From Raillietiella orientalis (Eukaryota): a DNA stretch of 64,000 nt. Numbering within the stretch: position 1 is the stretch's first letter; each line of letters begins with the position of its first letter. The notes beneath the pieces were generated by a model that searched no databases, had not been told where the DNA came from, and saw only the letters and a program-made list of their open reading frames with translations. Made by a program: the position numbers and the translations under genes. The stretch spans positions 62,001 through 126,000 of the forward strand of contig JAYWIR010000003.1 in assembly GCA_036172245.1 (NCBI GenBank), given 5' to 3'. This document shows, piece by piece, positions 24,833 through 36,214 of the stretch.

Positions 24833-25469
24833 TTATGCACCCCGTTTAAGCGGAAATAAAATCCGTTCCTGTCAGCTCAGCACCCGATACGCCACCCATC
24901 TGGCAGCCAGAGTACCGAACTACTTTGCGGAAGTGGACGGGATGCTTGGAGTCCGCTCCTCTTCTGTCGCGGGTTGACCTGATGGTGTCGCAGTGTCTCC
25001 TGGGTCACCACTACTCCCAGCTTCATGAGAGGACCGCTGCACAAATGCGAGGCAAAGTGGCATTCTGATGCACTATAGGCGGCCCGCGGTTTTCTCCGGT
25101 CCCTCCTCCAACGTCTGCATCACCCAAGCGATCCCGCTAGACCGTAGTGACCACCGCGCACCCACATCGACGGATGGTGCGTTGGTTCACCACGCTAGGA
25201 CTCTCCGACTCTCCTCTGCAACGCCACCCACCTGCTCCTTGACAAGCTGCAAGGCGTCCTCGAGGCGCGAAGAGCAAGCCGACTCTGGCGGCATAGCAAA
25301 AGAGCCTGCACTTTCCTTCTTTTTCTATTCTTCCCTCCCCTCGTCCCCCCCTCCCTCAAAGACGCATCAGAGCCAGAAGAAAGTGGGCTAGGGAAGGGAG
25401 ACAGGGTGGAAGAAGTTGTTTGCTGGACAGCTCTACCATTTTGACTCCGGCATCTTGGACTCCCCCCAC

Positions 25470-26600
25470 CCGCCTTTCTCTCCTCAGTGAGGGAGGGCTA
25501 CTTTCTGATGCCAATTGTCTGCTGGTGGCGCTCATCACCTTTTTCGATTCTGTTCACTGCAGCACGCGTTTTTTCACTCCCCGCGAAATGTCAGAGCAGT
25601 CCGGAAGAGACGCGTCGCGAGAATGCGCGCAACAATCGGAACCGAAACAATGCTGATCCTTAGCGACGGCGCCTCCCGACGCCATGGCGACTTTTGTTTT
25701 GGCTCCACCCCTTCCTCTTTGCCATTTTTTTCTTTCTTTTTCCGCTTGGCAGGGACCTCTTGCATCGAGCTTGAATTCAAAACGCGTGTCCCGCAGACAG
25801 CCTCTGAGACTCCGCCGGCCATGAAACCCTGAGTGAGGCGCGCGAAGAAATGGTGCGTGAAGACTCGCGATTCCGAATGCGGGCACTCGTCGTCGAGCGC
25901 CTCGTCACGAACGACTCCGCCGCTCGGCGTCGCTGCCTGAGTGAAACGAATCGGCAAGAACGGGTGTGTACCATTCCACGCGCAGACGAAAAAAAAAACT
26001 GGCGGCACGCGACGCGGCCGGGGTTCCTTCGGGAGCGCTTCGCAGCGACGAGGCGGGAGGCAGTGCTGGTGGCGATAACGGTCGAGAGGGTGCAGCGAAA
26101 CAGGAGAAGAGGGTGTCCCCTCGCCTTTCGCATGACCTCGCTACCAGATCTCGAAATGGCATCCTGCTGCACCCCGAAGGGTGCCGAAGCCGTCGCCGCC
26201 ACCGTCGCTTCTGACCCCCGCCCTGCCTCTGCTTCCCCTCCTCCTCCAGTAAGAGGAGGGTTTCGCTCTGATTCCAACCGTCCGTTGGTGGATTCACCAC
26301 CTCCCTCGATTCTGTTCACTGCAGCATGCGTTTTCACTCCCGGCGAAACGTCAGAGGTGAACCGCGCCAGTCTGTGGACCGGCAACCCAGCAGGTCTATA
26401 GACAAATGGAGGGTGGTAGGACCACGTGTCCTACCACAATTTGTGAGTCTATTTTGAATTTTAATGAGCTCCCCGGCGTGTCCGGGTAGAAGAAGAAACG
26501 GATGAGTGGTCCGGAAGAGGCGCGCCGCGAGATTGCGCGCAACAATCGGAACCGAAACAATGCTGATCCTTAGCGACAGTGCCTCTCGACGCCACGGCGA
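25470..26600 (+). repeat. Two copies of an approximately 220-bp unit (about 25470-25695 and 26230-26600), the second carrying a 150-bp insert
   Basis: Shared 'tcgattctgttcactgcagca' and 'gcgcgcaacaatcggaaccgaaacaatgctgatccttagcgac'. Confidence 0.85.
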
Positions 26601-29600
26601 CGGAAAACGGTAGACAGACAGACAGCAGCGAAACAGAGGAGAGCATGCAGTCATCTCGCCAAGACTACCGGGCCTCGAAGAGTGTCGAAGTCGTCGCTGC
26701 CACGGCGGGCTTAGCAGTTTCTGGATCTTCGCTGGAGCTCGAGAGGGTCAGCGGCGGGTTTTGCGATTCTCCGGTCGCTGAAAGAGCGTCTCCTTTTCCT
26801 GCATCGACGGAGATGCAGCTCGCCTTCGCATTGGGTCGCTTCCGAGGGCGATTGGAGAGGAGGAGATCTCGCCGTCCGCGATTTCGTCTTCCGCCTTCCC
26901 GTTTGCAGATCCCATGAACGGACGGCTGCGTTTCATCCAGTCCCCGCAAGGAGGGAGAAAGAAGGATCGCTGCAGCCCTCTCGCCGAGTTTGATTTCTTC
27001 CTCCCTTTTTCATCTTGCGAGTCTCCGAGCTCCTCCTCTCCATCTCCTCGCTGCCAGGAGTTTTTTGCTGCTCTCCAGGTGCCTTCCTGGAAAGCTCCGT
27101 TTCATCCCGCTTGAGATGCTTCTGTACATTCCGCGCCGTAGTAGAGGACCCGTCCGTGCCGCAGGAGGGCTGCCGCCAACGTCGCCGGAAAGACGACGCC
27201 TCCAAGCGCGTTCGGACTCTACCAGAGAGTTTTCTTTCCTGCTGGCTTTCCTTGAACGCATGCGCGGCCAACCTCTTCAACCGGTGGCCACTCCGACCTT
27301 GACTTTCCAGGTCCTTCGTTCCGAGCCCTCCGCGATGGTGCTCCGGGGTCTCCCTTGGCGCCTCTCCGAGTCGCGTCCGAGGTCTCGTGGTCTGCCGCTG
27401 CGTCGACGGCGAGCTCTTCCAGCGCGGAGCTTTCGCCTAGCCAGTGTGGAACCGAGCCCTAGGCCGGGCCGGGGGAGGACCCCGTGGTCCGCCGGAGTCG
27501 CAGCGCAAGGAGTTCTTGGCCTCGGGCAGGTTTCGCCGCCCCCGGGAGGGGACTGTGGCGTCAGTCCACTCGGAGCAACGCAGTTGCCTCTTCGCGCTTT
27601 CGCGGTCCCCCGGTCCCAAGGAGGAGGGTCGGAATCGGGTCGCCTCTCCGCCTCACGCGATCGCCGGCTCGGAGCGCTGCTGCCGGGAGCGGCTGCGGGA
27701 GGACCGCACTCGACCTCTGATAAGGAAATATGACCTCACGAGAGACCCCTGGAAAGGCGGCGCGCGCAAGCCCCCCTCGGCGGGAAGATGGCGATCAGAG
27801 TCGGCCGGGGCGAGCGCTTCCAGGGGAAAAGGGCGAAGTCAGAACCCCTCGGAGGAGGAAGTGGAAGGTGTCGTCTTCTTGCCGGGAGGGAGGATCCCGG
27901 CTCTACGACCTTGAACCTGACCTGCCGATGTTCTCCTTCTCTTCCCTCGAGGGAAGCGGACGGCAGGCGGTCTCTTTCGCTCTCTCGTCTCAGTCCGGCC
28001 ATCGGAAGTGGTGAGTGGTCTCTCCGGAAACCGGACTCAGAGCGCAGAGCCACCCGCTCTCGAGATGGAGCAGGAAGGACGGGAGTGAAACCTCCCCGTT
28101 TCCGGGTGGTGGGGAGCCGCGTCCTCGACGGGCGAGGCAGCGGAGAAGAAATTCGCCCGCCGCTTCCCCGAGTCCGGCCTTGGCGGACACCCGCCGGAGG
28201 AAACGAAGCGGCTCGAAGCCGCTGGAGGGCGCTTCCGCTCCGGGCGGACCTGCTGCCGTCTCTGTCGCCTGCCGCAGCTCGCGCGACGGCGGCAGCGGCT
28301 CCTCCCTCCACAGCGGACACCATGGCAACGGCGAAGAGCGCGGAGGGAGTAGGCGATCCCCCAAGGTGGGCGGCGGTCGCGACGGAGACGACGGAGGCGG
28401 GCGCGGGGAGAGCTCGACAGCGACGGGAGAGAGCGGAAAGAAAGGAGGCGGCAACCTCCTCCCTCCTGCTCCTCCCCCCGAGGGCGCGCGTGACCTCTGG
28501 CCAATGAGGGGAGGGGAGGATGCTTCCAGCCGGTCCCTGAGGCTCTCTCCCTCTTTCGTTCGAATGTCGAGCTGCGCGTCAGGAGAGCGGTAGTCAGGGG
28601 CAACGTTGGTGTCTATCCGGCGGGGAAGGGGAGAGAGGGGACCGAAACGGCACCTCCCCTTTCCTTTCCCCCCCTCGGGGAACCGTAATGGAGAGGAGGG
28701 GTCAGAGGCGCTCGAAGACTCCGGAGACAGCTCTTGTCCGGAGATGACAAGGCCGATTGGGGAGGGCCGTGAGCGACCCCCCCCCCGCATGCTGCTGCAT
28801 CCTCGGACACGCCGCGCTCTTGGATGGACCGCTGCTGGGGGATCTCCCGCATCGGACTGCCCTTCGGGGCGCCAGTCCCTTGGGCGACATGTCGGCGTGC
28901 CAAGGCGCGAGGCGTCCCCCAAGGGCCACTGCCCCTTCCCTGCCTCCTACGTCACGTCGAGGACAGGCACGGGAGGCGCCTACCGAGCGGTGGTGGTGGT
29001 GGGTCAGCGGTTTGCTCCGGGGGTGACCTCTGGAAGAACCTCCTCGGAGCGAGCCGCCTCCGGGGCTCCCGGGGTGTGGACTCCGGAAGGCGGCAGACCT
29101 CCTCGCCCTTTTAGCACCTCCTCTCGCGTGGGTCTTCCAGCCGTGGCTGCTGGGGTGGGCGGAAGCGTTTTCGGAAGCAGCTGCTCCCTCGCCGCCGCGC
29201 GGGAGCGCACCTTCCTGCTGCACTGGCCGACGAGGGGAGGAAGCGGCGCCTCCGGGTGGTCTTTCTCTCCCCGTGCCAGGACTCGGCTCCTCAGGGGCAC
29301 CTTGACCCCGCGACCCTCGGGGCTGTTCCCTCCCGAGGGTCCTCCCGGAATCCTCTCGTGCGGCCGCCCAGCGCTCGCGGTGTGGTGGTGGTCGCTTTGG
29401 GGAGGAGGAGGGGCATGAGGGTCTGCCCCCCGAAACGCTCACGGGAGAGAGGAGCGGAAGTGTTTCCGGTAACGTCCACCCGTCGCGTCGTCGTCATGAC
29501 GTCTCACTCGCCCGCTTCGGGATGATTCAGCACGAAGGGAAAGGAAGCAAGGCCACCGGAGTGGATGCGCGTGCGTTCCGGTCACGCGGAACGCCTCGAG

Positions 29601-32189
29601 GGTGCGCCTGAAACAGAAAGTGTGCCGTCGAAAGGGAGACACACTGGGGGAGCAGCGACCCGCGAGGTTATTTTTAGAACACGCCGAGAGGGAAGCTCTG
29701 CCGAGCGGCGGAGTTGCGCAGGGGGAGAGAGAGAAGGGGAGGAGGGGAGGGTAGCCACGTGCGATGGAAGAGGATGAGGGGGTGCAGAGAGGATTCCCCG
29801 TCCACTGGGGTGGGCCGTGGGGATGGGGCACCCAGATCTCGGGTAATGAATGGATCGAGCTAGTTCAAGTCACGTGGCTGAGAACCGACGAGGAGGTGGG
29901 CCGCCGAATGCAATTGCCTCTTCGATTTCACGGTCGCCACCGGCAAGCGCGGGTGAGCGCTACGAAACGGCACCCGCGCGTCTTCGTCGTCGTGCCTTCT
30001 CCACAAATGGCGCGGGTCGACTGCGGAGAAGCGACGGAAGTGGAGACAGAGGGCGAAGGGGCAAGCAGCCCCCTCTCACCCTCTTGAGCGACCGGAGCAA
30101 CCCGGAACACGGACCGTCAACAACGGAAAAGCCTTAGGGGATCCCCGCCATCATCACACCCGAACGCTGGAGGCTTCCGTTCTCGAATGTCAGAACTTCC
30201 TTCCGCTCTCCACTCGAATCTCGCATCCCTGCCCGCCCCTACTGCTCCCCCTTGGGCTTCGGCAAACGGCCTTACACTCGGCAAGGGCACTGCGCAGATT
30301 CCACGAGGATCCGCGATCGGCTCGACTCCGGATCTTGGGACAAGGGGCCTCCCTTCGCGCTCCTCTCATGAGATCACGCGGCTCTTTAAGATAGAGTGGC
30401 TCCTGCTTAGGAGAGTACCCCATCCCAAACGCATCCCTCCCCTAACCTGTGAAACGGGGAGCACAGGCAGCGCCCTATTCCCACATCCTGCCTGCGTCTC
30501 ACAAAACTTCCCTGCCCTGCTAATCGCCACGCATGATTTACCAGGTTGTAAAACAATCCGTCAACGTACCGCCATTTTGAGAATAAAAGCACCTCCCACG
30601 AACGCGTTGCTACGTGGAACACCTCCCACGGACCTGCTTGCGCGATGAAACACCCTTTACGAACGCGTTCGTACGTGGAAACAGCACCCACTATGGTGCT
30701 CCCACATGAGTACGAAATGATTAGCAGCTCGTGTGCAGTTGATGATATGCATGAAGGTCACATGACTGCGGTGTCGTGCAATTAAATTTTAATCCAGGGT
30801 GAATGCTTGTGTACCGTATCGTACGAAATGACTAGCTGCCCATAGCAGAACGTGTCTTCCGGAAGGCGTGTCGCCTGCGTCGTGCGCGCGCGGGTGTTCA
30901 CGTGGGGGCGACTCAGCACGGGTCGATGTGACCCCCTCGTGCGCGCAGAAAGGTAGGTCGGCCCCTCGACCCTTCTCCTTTGTGTTCCGGGTCGTCGTCA
31001 TTCCGCTCCCAGCAGTCCTCCTCCTCTCCTCGTGCGCCACCCGTGCTCCCTCCTCTGCAGTTCCGCCTCCCCTGCAAGCGCGATGCTGCGGCGAGGACCC
31101 GTCTTCGTCCCGGCTCCCACAAGGTCCTGAGGCGGTCCAGACGGGGGGGGAGGAGAAGGAAGAGCGAGAGGCGTCGCTCTCACGTGACACAGGGCCGGTG
31201 GCGCCGGGTGCTCCTCGAACGGCGGGCAGGGACTCTCCCTCTGGCGAGGGGGAGGGACGCCGGCCCTTCTGCTAGTGGGTGCGGGCGCGAAGGGGTCCGA
31301 CCGCTGGCCCTCACAGCGGTCGCATCCCTTCGGGTCCCCCTCGTTAATGGTTCGTCGGCAACGAGATCCCGCCCCTACCCTCTTTCGGACTCCAGCCCCT
31401 GCTGCATCCGTGACCGGCCTGCTGCAGCCTCAGGGAGTCTCATCCGTCTTCCTGGATGCCCTCCTTCGGGTCGCCCCTGGGGGAAACTCCCAAACCGGAA
31501 ACAGCGCGCTTTCCGCGGCTTCCGCGCCGTGAGAAGGGGAGGGGGCGGGAAAAGAGGGCCGTCATCCTGTGTCCTTGGCGGCTAGCGGGAGAAGGGATGC
31601 GGATCCTGCATCCTGCATCCCCCCGACTCCTCGGAGGCGGAGACCGCAGTCGGCGACCTGTCTTGCCCCCAGGGCAGGAAGCTCTCGCTCGAAAGGGCGA
31701 CCTCAACCTCCTGGAGCGGGGAGGCTGGCAGGCTTTTTCAGGCAGGGGAGGGGCGCCGACAGGAAGGGCAAAGCAGACAACACGGGAGTCAACCGTCGCG
31801 GTTCCCATGGAAACGGGCGTTCACGTGTCCTCCGAACTGGGCAGAGGAGGGCAGCGAAGGCGGTGGCAGCATGCCGAGGTGGAAGAAACGCCCCCGCCTC
31901 AGGGCGTTGCTCAGGTAACCCGCCGATGGGCGGCGACCAGGCAAGGTTCAGATCCGGATCAATCGCCGGCGGATTCGCCCCCAGGAAGGAGTTTCGCTGT
32001 CTCCTTGGAGGGAGGGCAGGCGAGCCTCCGGTCGAACCAAGCGCAACCCGGGGTCTTCGACGATTGAGGGAGCTCCGTCTGTCACCTCACGCCCTATGGT
32101 CTCCATTAGCCAGGGCGCTTCCCAAGCGCGGAGCCTCACGCATCACAGCCAAGCCGCCACTCGCGCCCAGACGTCCCTCTCGCCCGCAG

Positions 32190-32640
32190 CCCGCCGCCAG
32201 TGTGCGCCACGACTGCGTTGGCTGCCGTGAAGCGCCGGGCGTCGCGGGTTCGAATCCTCCGCCCGGCGAAGCATCGACCCCCCGAGAAGTGGAGGGGGGA
32301 TCGTTGGCTTTCATTTTCCCCTCGTAGGATGGCTCTGGTCGACCTGCTTGGGTGCGGCGGCACCGGTGGAAGCAGCTGGATGCCCCTTTGACGGACTGGG
32401 ACTGGAAGTTGACCTTCTGAGGTCATTCCAGGACTCAAAAAGCCCTGCGGGGTTCCCCTCCGGTTTATCAAAGGGAGCTGACCCCCCATCGGGGTCACAT
32501 CGTCCCCCTCCCCTAACTTGAAGAGCCCCATGTATCCTCTGGTAGCGTGGATGGTGGTGTCGAGGAGCTGCGTGGATGCCCCCCGAGGGAGTGGGCTGTT
32601 CTTGCGCATTGCTCGAGAACCGAAAGAAAGGAAAAGGAAA
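32190..32640 (+). mobile_element. Same SINE family, internally deleted copy
   Basis: B-box GGTTCGAATCC at 32247-32257. Colinear with 3040-3300, then jumps directly to 3665-3800. Confidence 0.7.
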
Positions 32641-32834
32641 GGCCAGGAGGGAGGAAGGGGAAGCAGCGGCACACGAAAGGGCTTCAGTCATCCTCGAGTG
32701 CCCCGTACTCCTGCTCCTTCTGGTGACTGGCTCCTCCCATGGCTCGTCGCCATGGCGAATGTCCCGTTCGGATCGGATGCCGCTGTGTGACCGGGGAGAC
32801 GGAAGCGAACTCCATCGAAAGGGGAGATGGGGAG

Positions 32835-33420
32835 GCTAGGTGGCTGTGGTATTCGCCCGTGGAACCACCAAGCGTCGCAGGTTCGAACACTCGGAAAGCA
32901 CCGACGCCGAGAGATGCGGAGTGCGTCGCTGGTTCGAGTTCCTCCCGCGAGATGACGCTGGTTGGCTGGCCTCTGTTCGGGTGCGACTCTGGTAGTGAAT
33001 GAAACCGGATGCCCTGATGAGTGGCGGGATCGAGAGTCGACCTTACGGTGTCCTTCCAGAAAACAGAATCAAGGAGTTATCCCCCTCCCCACCTCGTAGG
33101 GGACCCCCTATCTCATGTAGCTGATGGATCGATGCCTCTCCCGAGTGTCCAAGAAGCGCGCTGCTGCTCCCTTCGGGGAGCGTCCCTTTAGAAGAAATTC
33201 GGAAGCGTCCCTTTGGGGTTCTCTTCAGAGAAGGAGGAAACAAGGAGAGGTTTCCTTCCGGGGGGTCCCTCTGGAGAAGAAACGAGGCTCGTTTGCCCTC
33301 CCCCTTCTGGGGTCTTTCCGGAGAGAATAAGGAAGGAGATTCCCCTTGCACTTTGGCCGAAGGGAAGTTTCATGGAGCCTCCAATCGGGGGCACCCCTGA
33401 CAGGGGGTGGCACTCCTGCA
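32835..33420 (+). mobile_element. Same SINE family, diverged copy with head
   Basis: GGTTCGAACAC at 32880-32890, followed by sequence alignable to 3070-3600. Confidence 0.6.
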
Positions 33421-35618
33421 GATGGGACCCTTCGCCCCCCTCCAGAGCGTCCGCTCCAGATGCTTCCGACCTTCCTGTTACCTCGCGGAGCGACCCAGAA
33501 TCCTTCGCCCTCCCTCGGGTCTGAGATCGTCCCTCCCCCCTCCCGATCCCATCTGCCCCCCTTCTCCCCCTCCCCCCGAGAGAGCTTGCTGCCAGAGCGC
33601 AGCCCGCATGAATCGAGGCTCCCGTTCCGAGTGTGCCGCCATGACGATTCCACTCCACACCCCCAGCCCCACTCGGTTCGGCCCCGCCGTGGAGCAGCAG
33701 GCTGCGCGCTGCTTGTCGGCCTGCGTTCTAGTTTTAGACTTCAGTGCGGGGAGATCTTCCGGAAGCGTCCCCCTTCGCTTTCGTCTCCTCTTTGCAGAAG
33801 AGCCATCAAAGGGGGAGAGGGAAGAGAAGAGGGCGAGGAGGGAGGAGGGGGGGGGAAGAGAGAGAACCGTTCACGCTCTCTCCCTCGCCCCAGCACTGAA
33901 AAAGTTATGAAATCGGAAACGAACCTTGCTTAGTCTGAGGGTTCTCGTGTGAAGTTTCTCCCCTCTCCGGCATTCTGGGGGGGAAGGGAGATCGCCCCGT
34001 CTCTCCGTTCCTCTGAGGGAAAAGGCAGGCAAGAGGACGGGCAGCTCCTGGAGACCGAGGTCTGCGTCTCCTCCTCGGGCGGGTTCCCCGCTCGCCTTTC
34101 CGCGGGACCCCCAATCGCAGTGGTCCCGGAGGAAGCATCTGAGCCCCAATCCTTTTGCCAGGAGCGCGTGCAGCCGATCGCCGTACCCCGCAGGCGGAAT
34201 CCTCGTTCAGCGATTGCCCGCTGCAGTTGAGTAATCCTGGTTACGAGCCTGTGAGGGGACGAGCGAATGGCAGACTCTTGCGATAAGCGTGGGAACTCTT
34301 GTCCGCGTTGCCCCTTCCCTCCTTTTCTTTGGCTATTCGTTGACCAGATAAAATGCTTGCGAACGTAGCATTGGAAGGGCTGCTAAGCAACCTCGTTCCA
34401 AGGGACCTAAAAAGCTTTAAAAAAAAAAGTCAGCACCTCGCCGTGCTTCCCACACAGTTGGGAAGGGTTCCAGTGTTTCGTTGCTTGATCTGTTTACTCT
34501 TGAAGAAGGCTGACAGTCCTATCCTGTACGAAAACGAGGGAGCCATCTTTTTGGCGAGATTGAAAAGGAAATCAGATTTCTTGTTTGTTTGTTTTTTTCC
34601 TGCTTCTGTTTTTACTTTACATCTCGTTATGTAGAGAAGAAGGTTTTTGTAAGCATGTGAGCTGTCTCAGTGCTCTTCATCTCCGCCTGTTCAGTCATGT
34701 AGCTGATTGAGGATTCTATCGTTAGTATGACAGTTTAATAACTAATAAACTCTGTGCGCTCAATCTACGTGAGCTCACTCTTGTGTCAAACAGGACTGCA
34801 ACTGTTTAAAAAAATTGTTTTCAGCGTCTGTTCAAGGAGGTAGTTATCAATGGATTTAGTAGCGGTAGGGTAAAGTATTGACAAAATAGAAGATAAACAG
34901 AGTTGAACACGCTAAATGTAGCTATCGTGTGCATTAGAGTGGAATTAAATGGAAACGGTTATTTAAAACTTGGGGTTAACGAGTCGAATGAGATTGACGC
35001 TATGTGCAGCATGAAATAATTAAATCTAATTTGAGGGCGATATGCTGAAACATTTCCAGCTATGAATGAAATGAAACGCCCGTGTTCCTCGTGAACACGT
35101 GGTAATTAACATAATAAATACGAGCATAGAAGCAGCTATTCAAGGTTTGTGATATTATTTGTGTCCCCCTTTCCCTCTCCCAAGATTTTGTTCCTTTTTT
35201 TCCCAAGAATGAATTTATCCAAGAACCTAATTGAATAATTATTCAGTAAGTGTTTTGGAAAGAAAGCATGATTTGAAGTGCTTTTATTTCACATCTCAGA
35301 ATCAACTACAAAAAATTTCGTGTCTGATACTCCCATCATATGAAAAGTTCCTATAAAAATTTACAAACATTTATGGGAATTCAGCCGAATGATAAAATCC
35401 ACGGGCGTACTGGACGTCTACAACCTTTCTCCATTTTCTCCATTACAGTAGATCAAGATAGATCATTTTTGGTATACAAAAACATAAATAGAAAAAAAAA
35501 ATGCACTGTCTGATATGAAAGTTAACTAAGAAGCTTTAAGGGATCGGAAGGTTTTTTTTTTTCGTGTGTTGTGTTCGGAGGAAAAAAAAATTACCTTTTC
35601 TGAAATATATCATGTTGT

Positions 35619-35660
35619 CATATATATATATATATATATATGACAACATATATATATATG

Positions 35661-35741
<81 letters not shown>

Positions 35742-35772
35742 TGTATGTATGTATATGTGTGTGTGTGTGTAT
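35619..35772. repeat. Compound microsatellite (TA)n/(CA)n/(TATG)n/(TG)n
   Basis: Read directly from the sequence. Confidence 0.95.
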
Positions 35773-36214
35773 GCGCACATATTACACTGAGCTCAGCCTA
35801 CCATTATTATTACTCGGCACGTATTGCTACCGGAAAAAAAAAAAGAGGAAAAAAGAAAAATCTGAGTGAGACTGTCGAATGATAGAAAATGAAATGCAGT
35901 ACAACTGGCAATTCTCTTGTATTTCGTGATTTCATGAGCGCTGGGCTAAGCATCAATTTATGTACAGATGGAAGGGAAAGCGTGAGCGTACGTGCGGAGT
36001 GCTGTGGCTGCGGGGTGCTAAGGCTGGAAGCAATTTTGTCTTTTTGTGTTATGTGTCAAACATGTTCTCAGGGTTATCTTTGAACTATGGTTTAAAAGCC
36101 CTAAGTTGCCCTTACAGTCTTCTTTTTTTTTTTGCTAAATATTTTTTTTAAAAAAAAAATAATTTCAAACAAACATCAAATCTCATCTGCGAAAGCTGCT
36201 TTCTGCGAAAAGCC

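Noticed and set aside
32190..32275. tRNA gene suggested by GGTTCGAATCC
   Set aside because: There is no full cloverleaf, and it continues into a dispersed repeat body, so it is treated as a SINE head.
33010..33045. CTGATGAG...CGAGA resembling a hammerhead ribozyme core in a SINE copy
   Set aside because: GAAA and stem II are imperfect, and the motif is absent from the homologous positions of the other copies.
1..34300. Numerous long overlapping ORFs (200-400 aa) on both strands in the GC-rich DNA, also at 57-64 kb
   Set aside because: They are Arg/Pro/Gly/Ser-rich, overlap in all frames and show no family motifs, as expected from stop-codon scarcity at high GC. Only the SARM1 exons and TE relics are supported.
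34300..34700. Contaminant or chimeric join between two organisms
   Set aside because: Not favoured: the transition is graded over hundreds of bp, the SINE family is shared across domains, and both sides have short spliceosomal introns. Read-level confirmation is still needed.
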